A stretch of 64,000 nucleotides of DNA from a virus. Taxonomy: Duplodnaviria; Caudoviricetes. Where the stretch lies: IMG/VR virus record IMGVR_UViG_2609460327_000001, positions 96,001-160,000 of that record. The stretch is one strand, 5' to 3'. The position numbers and the translations under genes are program-made. The notes beneath the pieces were generated by a model. That model was not told the DNA's origin, ran no database searches, and saw only the letters and a list, made by a program, of their open reading frames with translations. Positions 7,768 through 19,600 of this stretch are shown piece after piece; the stretch's first letter is position 1, and every line of letters begins with the position of its first letter.

Positions 7768-10700
7768 TTGGAACGAGAACAATACGATGAGAATAAGTTC
7801 GCTCCCTATTTAGATAATGATAGCCGTCCGATGACGCGCTTTTTGCAATCAAATGAAGAGGATGATGAAATATCTTTCTTCGCAAAGGCAGGTATCGCAG
7901 TAGGGGGCGTTATTGCAGCAAGAGCTTTGATGCATCGTACCGGAGCTACCCGACAAATCACACGCTTTTTTGATACCCAAGTTAAAGGTTCCTATCAGGC
8001 AGCCAGAGAAATCATGCAAGAGCAGCGCCCTTCAAGAACTATGACAAGGGATTTGCCCGGATCAATCCGGAGATTCAATGAACGAAGAAGTGAATTGGTG
8101 AAGCGTCAGACTGAGCAGATGAGAGAGTTTAGTCGGCGCGGCGGTGCAGAAGAATACGATATGCAGCGTTACATCCGTCAGAGGGAGCAGATGATTACGG
8201 AGCAAGTACCGTTCCATATCCAAGAAGGATTACGGTACCGGGACGTTCTTAAAGAAGTGGAAGCCCGCATGCCTAAGCATGCTAAGTCCATTCAAAGTGC
8301 AATGGAAAGTGGAGACCCTGGATTTCTGAGATCACTCCCGTCAGAGCAGGTGGCATCCCACCTACGCAAACACGGTGTTACTGATCGGGATGCGATTGAT
8401 CAATTTGCTCGTATCCAAGATGCCTATCGGAATAAGAATTATCGAGCTGATTCAGAGGAAGCCCGCGCATGGATCGAAGGCATTCAGACCAAGATGCGTA
8501 AGTTTACTGCCGAGCAAATGGATAGCCTAACCCGAAAAGAAGCTCGATACAAAGGGGTACTGAATGGTCATAGGCAAGCTACTGTAGAAGACATTCTAGC
8601 CATGAATAAGAAAGGGGTCATGCAGGTAGACCCTAAGCTTGTTGCTCATATGGAAGAGATCATGCAGTACAACAAAAAGTTTGGCCAATCTGTATTTGAC
8701 GAGAATGTATACATTAGAGAGAGAAACGGAAAGATCATCGATTGGACCGATTACAAAACATATGATGATATGCGCAGAGGTGTTAAAGAATGGGCTGCCA
8801 AAACATTGCCGGGCGGGCTCATGCACATGCGGGATAGCATCAATATACAAGAGGCTCGTGAGATTGCCAGCTTCCGTATCTTTAATCGAGATGTAGTTCA
8901 GCCAGGGCTTAACGCTCAGCGTGGCTTAGACGTCAAGGAGAGAGCCCATGAACCACTAATCTATGTCAACGGTAAGTTTGTTCGTCTCTTTGACGAAAAT
9001 GCAGTCAACACAGATGCAGGTATGGAAGTACTGAATAAGCAGCGCGATATGTTTCTTACCTCATCAAGATTCGGAACGATCGGAAAAGTAACACGGCAAG
9101 TGTCCGGCATGATGACCGAAGAGGGTGGTCAGAGGAACTTCTTTGCGGGCATCTTTGATTTAGGAAGACAGGATAAAGATGCTGCCATTCATGGAGCGCT
9201 AGGAAGAGTAAATAAATTCTTTAATCCAGACTGGGAACGCAATGTCATTAATAAAGCCCTGCAAGGCGGCATCGATCAAGAGAGCTCTTATGCTGTTAGG
9301 GCTTATTTTGAGAAGTACAGCAAAGGGCTGTCCGCCCGATCCCTTAACAATATGATTGATGATATGCCAGCCAGCTTGAGAGAGTTTGTTCAGGCGAATG
9401 ACATTACCTTCAGTACGCAAGATGACTTCATGAAAGTATTCCGTTTCATGGGCGAAGGCGATGGAAAGCGAATGGCAAGTGGCGAGTTAAAATCACTCTG
9501 GCAAAAGTATGAGCGTGATCCGGATGCTTTCCTACATTCTAAAAGACCTGTAGGAGACTCTTCTTGGCTTGGAGAATACACAAATATTCAAACAGGGTTC
9601 GATCGTATTCATCAGCAGCTTAGTATCGATCTGATTAATCAGCTTATTCACCGGAAGCAAATGAACACGATGAGCCCTTTTGATTTCAGACAGTATACGG
9701 ACGATCTCTTTGATGCAGGTAAACTGACAAAACAAGAGTGGCAGGATACACAGTTCCTATTCAGTCATGCACAATACAAGAAATCAGAGATTGGAATCAA
9801 CTCGAATCCTTCAGGGGCAATTCAGGATATTAATAATCTGATGACTGGCAAGACACCAGAAGCTTTGAAATTCCAGGATAATGTGAAAGCTAATCTCCAT
9901 GTAACAAATCCTCTATTCCAAAAGTTCTCTGGAACAAGACCGATCAACCGCATAAACGATGAATATATTGCGGTGAATAAGGCATTTGAATCAACGACTG
10001 CCTCTGGAAGATTTCTTGAGTTCTTCACGGACTTCGGGGATAAAGCAAAGCAGATGGGACTTCGGACTGGTCGAAGAAACATGGAGGACTTCACAAACCT
10101 GTCGATCTTCGGGGCCAATTATCCGATTTACCGTTTGCAGGACGCACTAGGTGATCTCGGGCTTGGATTCTCAGATGATTCTATGACAAGTCCACTGAAG
10201 ATGATGTCCTCTCTAATGCTTAAGAGATTCCTGCCGATCTATCTTGGCACACAATACGCTCAGTATTTAGATTGGGAAGTGGAGCAGTCCACAGGACAGA
10301 GTGTATCTGACCGGTGGGAAAACTATAAAGCTAGAACGAACCTCATTGAAGCTTGGGCTGATGATCAGAGCGGAAAGACAGAGGAAGAGAAAAGAGCAAG
10401 GATGCTCACGCCTGGGATTGATCACTTTGCCGCTATGCCTAGCATTTATCTTCCGGGCATTGGCCCTGTAGGTCCAGGCTATATTGCTGCAGCTGCTCTT
10501 GGATATGGCGGAACTCCAATTGATGAAAGGGAAGCATACTCTGCTGAAGAGTATGAAGAATACCTGCAGTATGGCGAAGATGAAGTACGCAAGAGTAGAT
10601 GGTGGTTGTTTGGCTCCAAGTCGGCTTATAGAGGCGATCGTGTTACTGAACACCGTCCTAATAGCTACCGACTAGCTTTGTCGGACGCAGAAGATAGTGA

Positions 10701-13641
10701 TACAAACCTGACTAATGAAGAACAATGGTCTGAGACAAATATATTGCCGACTTTCCGAAATCCTTTAGGGGGATTGGCTTACGCCTTTGGGTTGAAGGAT
10801 CCGTACTATTGGGAAAGAAAACATTTCTATGATCGACCTTACCTGATTACCGGATCACTATTCAACCCGAATACACCTTTCTTCGGAGATATCGGAAATG
10901 CTACGATTGGTCAGCTTATTAAGCCGACAGAGAAGATGCATCCCGAATACTGGGGCGACCCTATCTTAATGCAGGAACAGACAGCGGAGTTCGGTAATCG
11001 TCCTAACTCGCCAATCGTGACACGGTTTTCTCCAGGCGGTCGAACGGAGAATATCGTGTATGCAGACTCTGAGGACTATGGAGCTAACCAATATACAAGG
11101 GACACTGATACTTCTGCACCGCGCTATATCCAAATTCATCAGAAGGATGCAGAGGGAAATCAAACAGGAGCTTATGTTGCTCAAGAGATCAATACAGGAC
11201 AAGCCATCTACGTGCCAGCAAATGTGGCCAATAAAGATTACACCATTGAAGAGCTATTCAATATTGCTGAGAAGACGGACGATGAAACCCTGATTAAGAC
11301 GAAGCCTCGTGCAATGTTTGATGATGGATTCGCCTACAAACAAGAGCTTGAGAATCGTAAACTAGAAGACCTTCAAGATCCAACACAAGCTGGATGGCTT
11401 ATGCAGGAAGCGTGGGAAAACTGGTCAGAGCCTCTAGGGGTATACAAATGGATTCTTCAGGATGAGCTCTTCGGATATAATCCTTATGAAGGTAAGACAG
11501 TTATTGAAAAAGCCGATGCAGCTTACAATCTATCAAATGCTTTCCAATCGCTGAATGCAGGTTCCCTCGGTGGTCAACTCTCTGAGATTGGGCGGCGGTT
11601 CATACGGCGCGATGATGGACAACTGGATAAATTTAATCCGATCCGCAACACGATGCCAGATTGGCTACCTGGCTCAGATTATTTCATTGATTTTCAAAGC
11701 GGTGATCCCTATCAGAAAATAGAGAATGGAGAATACCGACTGCCGGGAGAGACCTATGAAAAGCTTAATCAGCTTCATCCAGATGAGACAGGTGCTTATG
11801 GTGCTTTCGATAAATTCAAGATACTAGCTGACGTAGCGCCATGGAGTGACGAATATAAATTCTGGCGTGATTATGTCGTAGAAACGAATACAGATACTGA
11901 ACTTAGAAAACAAGCGGCTGATATCAAGCGGCAGGTGTCTCAGAGGAAGCAGAAGTATGAATTTACTCCTTATCGGTTTGAAGGCGCTGAGCTTGAATAT
12001 CAACAGGCTACGGTACGCAAATTCTTGGATGACTACAGTTTTGTGACAGAAGAATTTGGCGATCAAGTTTTCAGGCTGGCTGGTGTCGATTTAAGAGGGA
12101 AGGCGGAAGGCGTTCTTCGGTCGTATGTTAATGTTGGCGATCAAGTCACAATCGGTCTTAATGGTGATGAAAGTAAACAGATTTCGAATGATACGTATAA
12201 GACAGCACGCGTTGTTGTTTATAACAAGGACATCGGAAATATCAACCGAGATATCCTTGCTCGCGGGTTAATGAAAGAGAATCTTGCCGATTTCTCTGCT
12301 GCAGGTGTATTCTCAAGATTCTCAGACTCTGAGATTAGCAAAGGCGCAAAGTGGGAGCGGATTGCTCACTATGAGTCACCACTAAATACGAAGTTCCTGC
12401 AAGTGCGTACAGCACTTGAGGAATACGAGAGAGATCAGGTGTACGGTAAGGATTGGGCAACATGGGAAAACTTCTTGATTGATGATTATCTCATCCCTGG
12501 TTTCCAGTCCATCATTCGTCATGATTTGGATGAATCGATGATGCGTGGGGCCGTTGCCGGTGCACTTGTAGGTGGGTTCCTAAATATCTTCGGAGCTGGT
12601 AAAAAGAATATTCTGCGCAGTGGTATTGTCGGTGCTTTAGGAGCCGGGATCGGCAACCTGTATAGACAGCATTACGAGAAAGAGACAGGCGAAGCGTGGA
12701 TTCCTGAGCGAAGAAGGATAGAGAATGACATCAACGAATACTTCGATGTTCTGAAATACATGAAGTTTCGCGGTCTATATGAGCAAGCGAAGATTGATGC
12801 TGCTGAAGCTGGCTATGATGTCGATACCATCCTTGGGGATGAAGAAGCCCGGCAGGAAATAAATAGGCAGCGGAAGCGCGAGCTGGAAGACCAGAAGATC
12901 AGACTGTTCATTGATCAACCTGAAGGATGGGAAGATCAGCGCAAGGCCATCAATAAAGAGATCGAGCTAATGGGTCAAGGATTCAATGAAATACAGCTGC
13001 CGCAAGAAGTGCTTATGGCCATGCATTACAAAGACATGTATGAACGCACGGTTTACGGCGCTGATCCATATAGCGACCGAATGAAGCTGGCTAGCGCACT
13101 CCCGTACAAGGATAAATGGTTCTTCGATGATTTTGTTGAAGCTCCTGAAAGGGATCGTCAACGTATCCTAGAGGTTATTCCGGAGAACCAAAGGCGTATC
13201 TATAAAGCATTATGGGGGATCGAAAATGAAGGACCAGCTCCTTTAGAAGAGGTATTCTCCAAGTTCGTCCTGCCAGACCCCGGATGGATCGGATGGAATC
13301 CAAAGGTTGACCTTGAAGATATGAAGGTGAAGGCAGTTCAAGAAGCCGGCCTTGATATGAGTGACTTTAACTTCTGGACAGATGATGTTGTCTCATCCAG
13401 CTATCTGCCTGATATTTCACCTGAAGGCAATGATGTCTATCTGAATGGACCTCAATTTTCAGGCTATCAAGAAATGCAGAATAACATCCGTGCTGTATTA
13501 GAGGGGCAAGGCCTTACCGATGTAGATATTCGTATAGCTCCTAGCGGAGGAAATGAAACCAACGTGAACTTCAGATACGAAGAGGATCGAAGTCATGAGA
13601 TCAATAACTATTTCAAAGAGAATATGGATTCTCTGATGTAA
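7768..13641 (+). CDS. Giant virion protein (tape-measure or ejection protein candidate) with hydrophobic segments and a degenerate SNase-like domain
   Basis: TTG start with RBS GAGGTGA, directly after the chaperones (tape-measure slot). Gly/Ala hydrophobic segments near the N-terminus (FFAKAGIAVGGVIAARALM) and at about 12540-12660. Thermonuclease-like segment at about 12004-12273. Confidence 0.6.
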   Translation: MEREQYDENKFAPYLDNDSRPMTRFLQSNEEDDEISFFAKAGIAVGGVIAARALMHRTGATRQITRFFDTQVKGSYQAAREIMQEQRPSRTMTRDLPGSIRRFNERRSELVKRQTEQMREFSRRGGAEEYDMQRYIRQREQMITEQVPFHIQEGLRYRDVLKEVEARMPKHAKSIQSAMESGDPGFLRSLPSEQVASHLRKHGVTDRDAIDQFARIQDAYRNKNYRADSEEARAWIEGIQTKMRKFTAEQMDSLTRKEARYKGVLNGHRQATVEDILAMNKKGVMQVDPKLVAHMEEIMQYNKKFGQSVFDENVYIRERNGKIIDWTDYKTYDDMRRGVKEWAAKTLPGGLMHMRDSINIQEAREIASFRIFNRDVVQPGLNAQRGLDVKERAHEPLIYVNGKFVRLFDENAVNTDAGMEVLNKQRDMFLTSSRFGTIGKVTRQVSGMMTEEGGQRNFFAGIFDLGRQDKDAAIHGALGRVNKFFNPDWERNVINKALQGGIDQESSYAVRAYFEKYSKGLSARSLNNMIDDMPASLREFVQANDITFSTQDDFMKVFRFMGEGDGKRMASGELKSLWQKYERDPDAFLHSKRPVGDSSWLGEYTNIQTGFDRIHQQLSIDLINQLIHRKQMNTMSPFDFRQYTDDLFDAGKLTKQEWQDTQFLFSHAQYKKSEIGINSNPSGAIQDINNLMTGKTPEALKFQDNVKANLHVTNPLFQKFSGTRPINRINDEYIAVNKAFESTTASGRFLEFFTDFGDKAKQMGLRTGRRNMEDFTNLSIFGANYPIYRLQDALGDLGLGFSDDSMTSPLKMMSSLMLKRFLPIYLGTQYAQYLDWEVEQSTGQSVSDRWENYKARTNLIEAWADDQSGKTEEEKRARMLTPGIDHFAAMPSIYLPGIGPVGPGYIAAAALGYGGTPIDEREAYSAEEYEEYLQYGEDEVRKSRWWLFGSKSAYRGDRVTEHRPNSYRLALSDAEDSDTNLTNEEQWSETNILPTFRNPLGGLAYAFGLKDPYYWERKHFYDRPYLITGSLFNPNTPFFGDIGNATIGQLIKPTEKMHPEYWGDPILMQEQTAEFGNRPNSPIVTRFSPGGRTENIVYADSEDYGANQYTRDTDTSAPRYIQIHQKDAEGNQTGAYVAQEINTGQAIYVPANVANKDYTIEELFNIAEKTDDETLIKTKPRAMFDDGFAYKQELENRKLEDLQDPTQAGWLMQEAWENWSEPLGVYKWILQDELFGYNPYEGKTVIEKADAAYNLSNAFQSLNAGSLGGQLSEIGRRFIRRDDGQLDKFNPIRNTMPDWLPGSDYFIDFQSGDPYQKIENGEYRLPGETYEKLNQLHPDETGAYGAFDKFKILADVAPWSDEYKFWRDYVVETNTDTELRKQAADIKRQVSQRKQKYEFTPYRFEGAELEYQQATVRKFLDDYSFVTEEFGDQVFRLAGVDLRGKAEGVLRSYVNVGDQVTIGLNGDESKQISNDTYKTARVVVYNKDIGNINRDILARGLMKENLADFSAAGVFSRFSDSEISKGAKWERIAHYESPLNTKFLQVRTALEEYERDQVYGKDWATWENFLIDDYLIPGFQSIIRHDLDESMMRGAVAGALVGGFLNIFGAGKKNILRSGIVGALGAGIGNLYRQHYEKETGEAWIPERRRIENDINEYFDVLKYMKFRGLYEQAKIDAAEAGYDVDTILGDEEARQEINRQRKRELEDQKIRLFIDQPEGWEDQRKAINKEIELMGQGFNEIQLPQEVLMAMHYKDMYERTVYGADPYSDRMKLASALPYKDKWFFDDFVEAPERDRQRILEVIPENQRRIYKALWGIENEGPAPLEEVFSKFVLPDPGWIGWNPKVDLEDMKVKAVQEAGLDMSDFNFWTDDVVSSSYLPDISPEGNDVYLNGPQFSGYQEMQNNIRAVLEGQGLTDVDIRIAPSGGNETNVNFRYEEDRSHEINNYFKENMDSLM

Positions 13642-13653
13642 GGAAGTGAACCA

Positions 13654-16600
13654 ATGTCGGGAATTGAAGAGATATTGATGGCCGAAGGGTTCCAGGCGGT
13701 TGCTCCAAACAGCCGCGGCACCTGGGTTCCAGTCACCGCATTTAATCCTGTTACAAGCCCAAACTATGCAAAAAGAGATAGTCGGCAAGGGAAAGTAAAT
13801 GAACTGTTAGAAAAGATTAATGGATCACAGCTATCGGCAAGATCAATCATTGGTCAGGGGCGGTACAAAGTAATGCCAGAGCTTTACACTGCCAATAATA
13901 ATCAAGCTCGAAGCGCCATCGATGTATTTCAGGAGTTTGCACAAAGAGCTAAGGACCCAAGCAGTAAACATAATTCCTATATTGCTTTCGATATTGAGAC
14001 CATGGGTGATCGATCTAAAAACAATGGATCAGGATTTGGAGTAACTGAGATTGCAGCTCAAAGCTTTAGTAGGCAGGCAGACGGGACTTATAAATCCAAC
14101 TCAAAGAGCGTTTTTAATGCGTTGCTTGCCCTAGATAATAAGTCAGCAACAGAAATGAAAGGTCTGATAAAGAAGATTAAAACAGATCCATACAGTTTCC
14201 GAAAAATGACTTCTTCTGAGCAGCGCTCCGTTATCGACTTGATGCGGTATTCTACTTCAAACGAGGGCGGTGTTTCGGGTGCCATCCTGCAGACAAACCG
14301 AGGAATAACAAATATCAGTCACAACCAAGTCGTGAATCAGATTCTTCGCACAGACGGAACAATTGATGACTTGAAGTTTATTCAGAATTTTGAATTTTAT
14401 CTTCGTCATATCAATCAAGGATTTAACGATCTACAGGCTAACGGAGAGAAAGATCATCTAGGAGTTATTAACCGGTATAATAAATTCCTTCACGACAATC
14501 GTTACAAGTACTTTTTATCTCACAATGGTACCAATTTTGATATACCTGCATTGGAGCAATGGAGTAAAAAGATAGGAGAGCCCATATTGGGACCGAAGAA
14601 GCATATCGACTTCTTGAGAGTCATTCAATCATCCTATCCGAATATGAAGGGGCTGCATACAAGCTTCGGCAGATCATTCGAGTCTAAACCAGCAATGGGA
14701 GGTCTAGGCACACTACAAGAACTGCGTAGAACTTTTGGGTTTGATCAGGGCGCCGCCCATAATGCCGCTCATGATATTGGTGAAGAAGGTCTAGGCGGAG
14801 TTTTCTCCAAAATGTTTAACGGCGTCAATCAAACAATAGAAAATGCAAAAACACTGCCGGGCATCGACACTTTTGGGTTCAATTATCATCCCACTCAGCT
14901 CAGTTGGAGTGATCGGCAGCTTAGAAGAGGGGATCGCCTATTTTCAGTTGGCGGAGCAATGGCTTACGGCAATGGCGAGTTTGATTTTCAAGCAAGATTG
15001 GAAGACGGATCCTTTGTGGCAGATGAGCCCGACTTTAATCGTATGGCCGTCAACAGTAAGTCCTTCTATGAAGTGCAGGGATTGCGGAATATCTCAGATT
15101 ATAATGAAGACGGTACTTTAAAGACAAATCGATTAGCGCTCGACTTATATAATCCAGATACGAAGGCCACCTCATTTATCATTCGTGAGGGTGATGATGC
15201 CATTCAGCAAATCGAAAATTTTGTCCAACAAAAATTCTACTACTGGAATGGCCTTACAAAAGGCATGCAACGTGAGATTCGTATCCAGAAGGAAAGGGAC
15301 TTGGCTAGACGAAGATACGAAAGTTTAACATCTCTTTCGGGTGCCGGTGGAAACTCAACCACTCGAGGATTTGAAGCTGCAAAGCGTATGTATGGTAATG
15401 CATCAGTTTACCGCGAGCGCTTAGAAGGCAAGGGCGGACATATCCAAAATGTAATAGATAGCATTGAGGATGATGCCGATGAAGTTCGCCAGCGCTTGAT
15501 GGATAGCCGGATTACTCACGAAGAGATGATGGATCGCATGGACTTCAATAGTTTGCCGGGAGGTAAATTAAATGAGGCAGAGCAGCGCCTATTCTTCCGA
15601 ATGGCTCCACGGCTTGTGGATGAGCTTCCTCATTACAGTAAAGCCATTGAAGCGATCGAGGAGCAATTCCCAATCAATCCAGACATGAGTGATAAAGAAG
15701 TAAAGCGAACCAGGCAACAGCGGGATATTGCTTGGAGGTTATATAACCAAGAAGTGAATGGAAGAATTGGTGGAGATACTACCGAACGTGCAACACAGCC
15801 CTTTGAGCAAAGAGGCATACATTATACGGATCGAAGCACAGCTAGAAAAGAGCAGAGATACCTAAACTTCGAAACGGTTGCAAGTGCTCGTAATGCAATC
15901 TATCGCCAGATCGGGAAACCGGAAGATGGTATTGATCTCAGAAAAGAACGTCTTGGAAATCTGATTACTTCACTTCAAGAGAGTAACGTTATCAATAGAA
16001 AAGTGGCCAACAAGTTCCACGAATTTAATCGAAGCTTCGCTATTAATGACAGCATTAATATGATGGTCCAAGATCTGATGGATAACCATGATATCATGCA
16101 GCAGAATCTCAAAATTAAATCCGTAGGTCGTAGAGCTGAGATGCAGCAAGTAAGCGCAGCTGTTAACCAAGAAATGATTCAGTCTGCTATCAAGAAGACC
16201 AATGGAGTTCAGGGTTTTATTCTACAGCAAGGGATTGCAAACCAGCGGGTGAAAATGGACGAGAGTGCAATCAACGTCTTTTCACGGCTTGATGGTGTAG
16301 AGCATGCATCTGGACTGAGAAGCAACAACTATTCGGCTATCAATCACATTCTGGAAAGCTACAAAACGGCAGCGGACAAAATGGGGATGCATGGGCTTCA
16401 GTACAATCTTTCAGTGAATCAAGAAGGGACTCAGGCACGGATTCAGATCTTTAAGAGCGAAAACAGCGCAAGTGTCATGGAAAAGTTTCTTGCCGGCGAA
16501 TCGCATAGTAAAGCATCCGAAATCATTGTTCCATTGATCCAGCAGAACGGAACCCATGTTATTGGCAACCAAGTACTCAACGCTCGATCTTTTCTAGTCA

Positions 16601-19600
16601 ATGAAGGAGGAAGCACTAAAACTATCTCTTCTGCAGAAATGATCGCAAGAGGATATACCGATTCTTTTGAAATGCGTAACATTCTAAATGCCATTAGAAA
16701 TGATGAGTATGAAGAAGCGGACTTGATGAGTAAGAGGGCTTTGCGGGGTGAGATTGAATCCCTGTCTGGAATCAAGCGCAATATCCTATCTCAAAACGAT
16801 GGTTATTATTGGGCAAATAATGACTCTGACTTCTTAAAGCAATCTCACGTCAGTCTGGCTCCAGCTATGATTCAAGAATGGCATGAACAAGGACGTATTG
16901 ATCTTGATAGAGATATACGGGAAGACTGGCTGGGAAAAGCCCTACAGCATGGAAGTAATATACGACATGCAACGTTTGATGATCTTTCTCCTAGTAAAGC
17001 TTATGAAATGATCAAAGAAGTTGACCAGTGGGCGGAAAGCAAGGGGCTAAATCTTTATGCCGGCAGCGTAAAATCTGAAAATGTTTCAAGAGGGATATGG
17101 TCTTTCAAGAACATTCAGGATTATCATCCACTTGGAGCGTACAGCTTTAACGGTCGGGATAATGCTGTCCAGTGGTTTAACAGCTACAACGTTAATGAGA
17201 AGACAAGGCAAGGACTTCTTGAAGCTGGCATAAAGCCTTCATACTTCGATAGCCTTGTTACAACAGCGGCCATGGAAGAACGGAACAATGCGAATCCTGC
17301 ACAGCGAGGCGTTAACATGAAAGTTGCCTATATGTCGCAAGCTCAGCTTGACGATCGAGTGGAACAGCTTCTTGCTGATAGTAGTGTAAGTCAGCGCATT
17401 AAAGATCAGCTATCTAATTCCATGGCGAAAGCTAGATTATACGAGCAACAGGCTATCTTTACTAAAGAAATCATGGACGCATACAAAGTGGATAATCACA
17501 CCTTTATCGACAAGGGTGACTCCTTTACCTGGAATAGTACTTTCTACGAAGATGGCCATTTAAGAACAACGGTGAATCCAGGGGATCTGCTCGGCATAAG
17601 AACGGTGTCTGGCGTTGAAGAGAAAGTCTTCTATGACGGAAATAAAACAGGAACAATCTTCACGGATTATGATGAGAATAGAATCGGGATTCATACTGAA
17701 GACCAGCCGTTCAAATTCATGATCGAAGGAGAAAAAACAACCGACACTACAGTCTCAAGAGAGCTAATGAGATATCTTACAGGATCAGATGATATCACAG
17801 CTATCTATAATCCTGATGTAGAAAAGCATAAAGACTTTGGCGCTATGATGACAGGTCAGGCCAAACTTCTAGCAGACCATATTCAAGGCATGTCTCCAGA
17901 ACAACAGCAACGTGCAATCAGAGCTGTAGAGGAATCTGGCATTGGACTAAATTGGAATGAGGATCGATTCCTAGTTAATTCGAACAAGGATATTCAGACA
18001 GACGCCTTTGATAAGCTCTTTGCTCATTCAGATATTAATTTGAATAACAAGACTAGCACAGGCTTAACGACTGCTATTCAGGAAGTTAGGGCTTCTCAAG
18101 TAGAGAATTATTCTCGAATGACTGATAGCACAGGCAGAGTTGTTATTGGGTTTAGAGGTGACGATCCAATCTATGCAGGTGGAGAGAACGCCATAAAAGG
18201 TGTTACGTGGGGGCATCGTGAATACGGGGTCCTGGATAACATGGGGGCAGAGGCTACAAAAGAGTACATGTATGGCCGGATGCTTGAGACAAACCAAGCA
18301 AACTATCGCGCGCAGGAATCCAGAAATATGATAGCAGCTCTTGGCGCTATTGCGAATCCCGAATCCATTGAAGGTCCTTCTTTAACCATAAATGATTTCA
18401 AAAGCCTTCCTACGAGCAAGTATGGAAAGAATGAGCATTCGCTCATGGGAACTATATTTGACCGATCTCATGTGTCTCAAATGCTTGGGGAAGGATTAAA
18501 TGAGCAGGGGTACTGGTTAGAGCTTCCGAAGGTTGGCGACTTGGAATACACCTACATTGACAAGGTTGTGGGCAGAGGGGCTGGTTCTGAAAAAAGGAAA
18601 GCTATTGATAAAATCTTTATTCCATTTACAGCTCAAGAAGGAAAAGGTGGAGATATTCATTTCAGAGAGCTTCAAAAGAATATCGCCAAAATCTATGAGC
18701 GAGCTGCAAGGATCGGGAAGAACGATGGGGTTACAAATTACAAGGAGGCTATAGAAGCTCATGGATCCTTGCAAAGATCTATTGATGACTACGTTAAACG
18801 ACTGACTAAAGACGTGACGTCTTCAAAAGGACAGACGTACAGCAGCGTATTCAAGACCAACATGAATGAGTCCGGTACCGGTATCTTTAAGCTGATTGAT
18901 CCGAGAACTTCAGATGCGATGGACGGCGAAAGAACATATATCTCTCCAGAAGATGCAAGAAAGATGGGCATCTATGAAAAATTAAGCGATCCAAATAAGC
19001 CTTTCTATACAATGAATGTCCGCTATCCTACGTTCCATGATAATGCAATGCAGATCACTCAGCTCATGATGGATGAGAATGTGCGACCAGGAGAGTTTCA
19101 CGTAACTGCGTTGACAGCATCCCTAATGAAAGCCGATTCTGACGGCGACTACGATAACATAGTGGCGCTGAGCGATGAAAAGATACAGGCTGAGTGGGGC
19201 AGGATTTACAATGAACAGCAGAAGCAGCGTACAGAAAGAATGGATAAGCTGATTAATAAGTTTTCTGGTGATGAAGGGGCTCGAAATTTCGACCTTCCGA
19301 ATTTGAGTAGTGACGGTGAGTTCACGCAGTTTGCAGCGAACGATCGCTCCGAGCTTACAGCGAAATCAGGTAAGATGGTAATCGGTCATGCTTCCAACCT
19401 TAACTACGCCATGCGTCAGCAAGCCAAGACCTACCTTGGCCACAATGAGACTGCACGGCAAGCCATTTATGACTTCGGACAAGACTTAGAGCAGAAACTG
19501 ATCTCATCCAAGCACGGTGCCGAAGAGATTGACAGTGCGATGGACTTCATTAATAGCCTGTACCGCGCTAGAACTGATTCCGACTGGAAAAAGGTTTACG

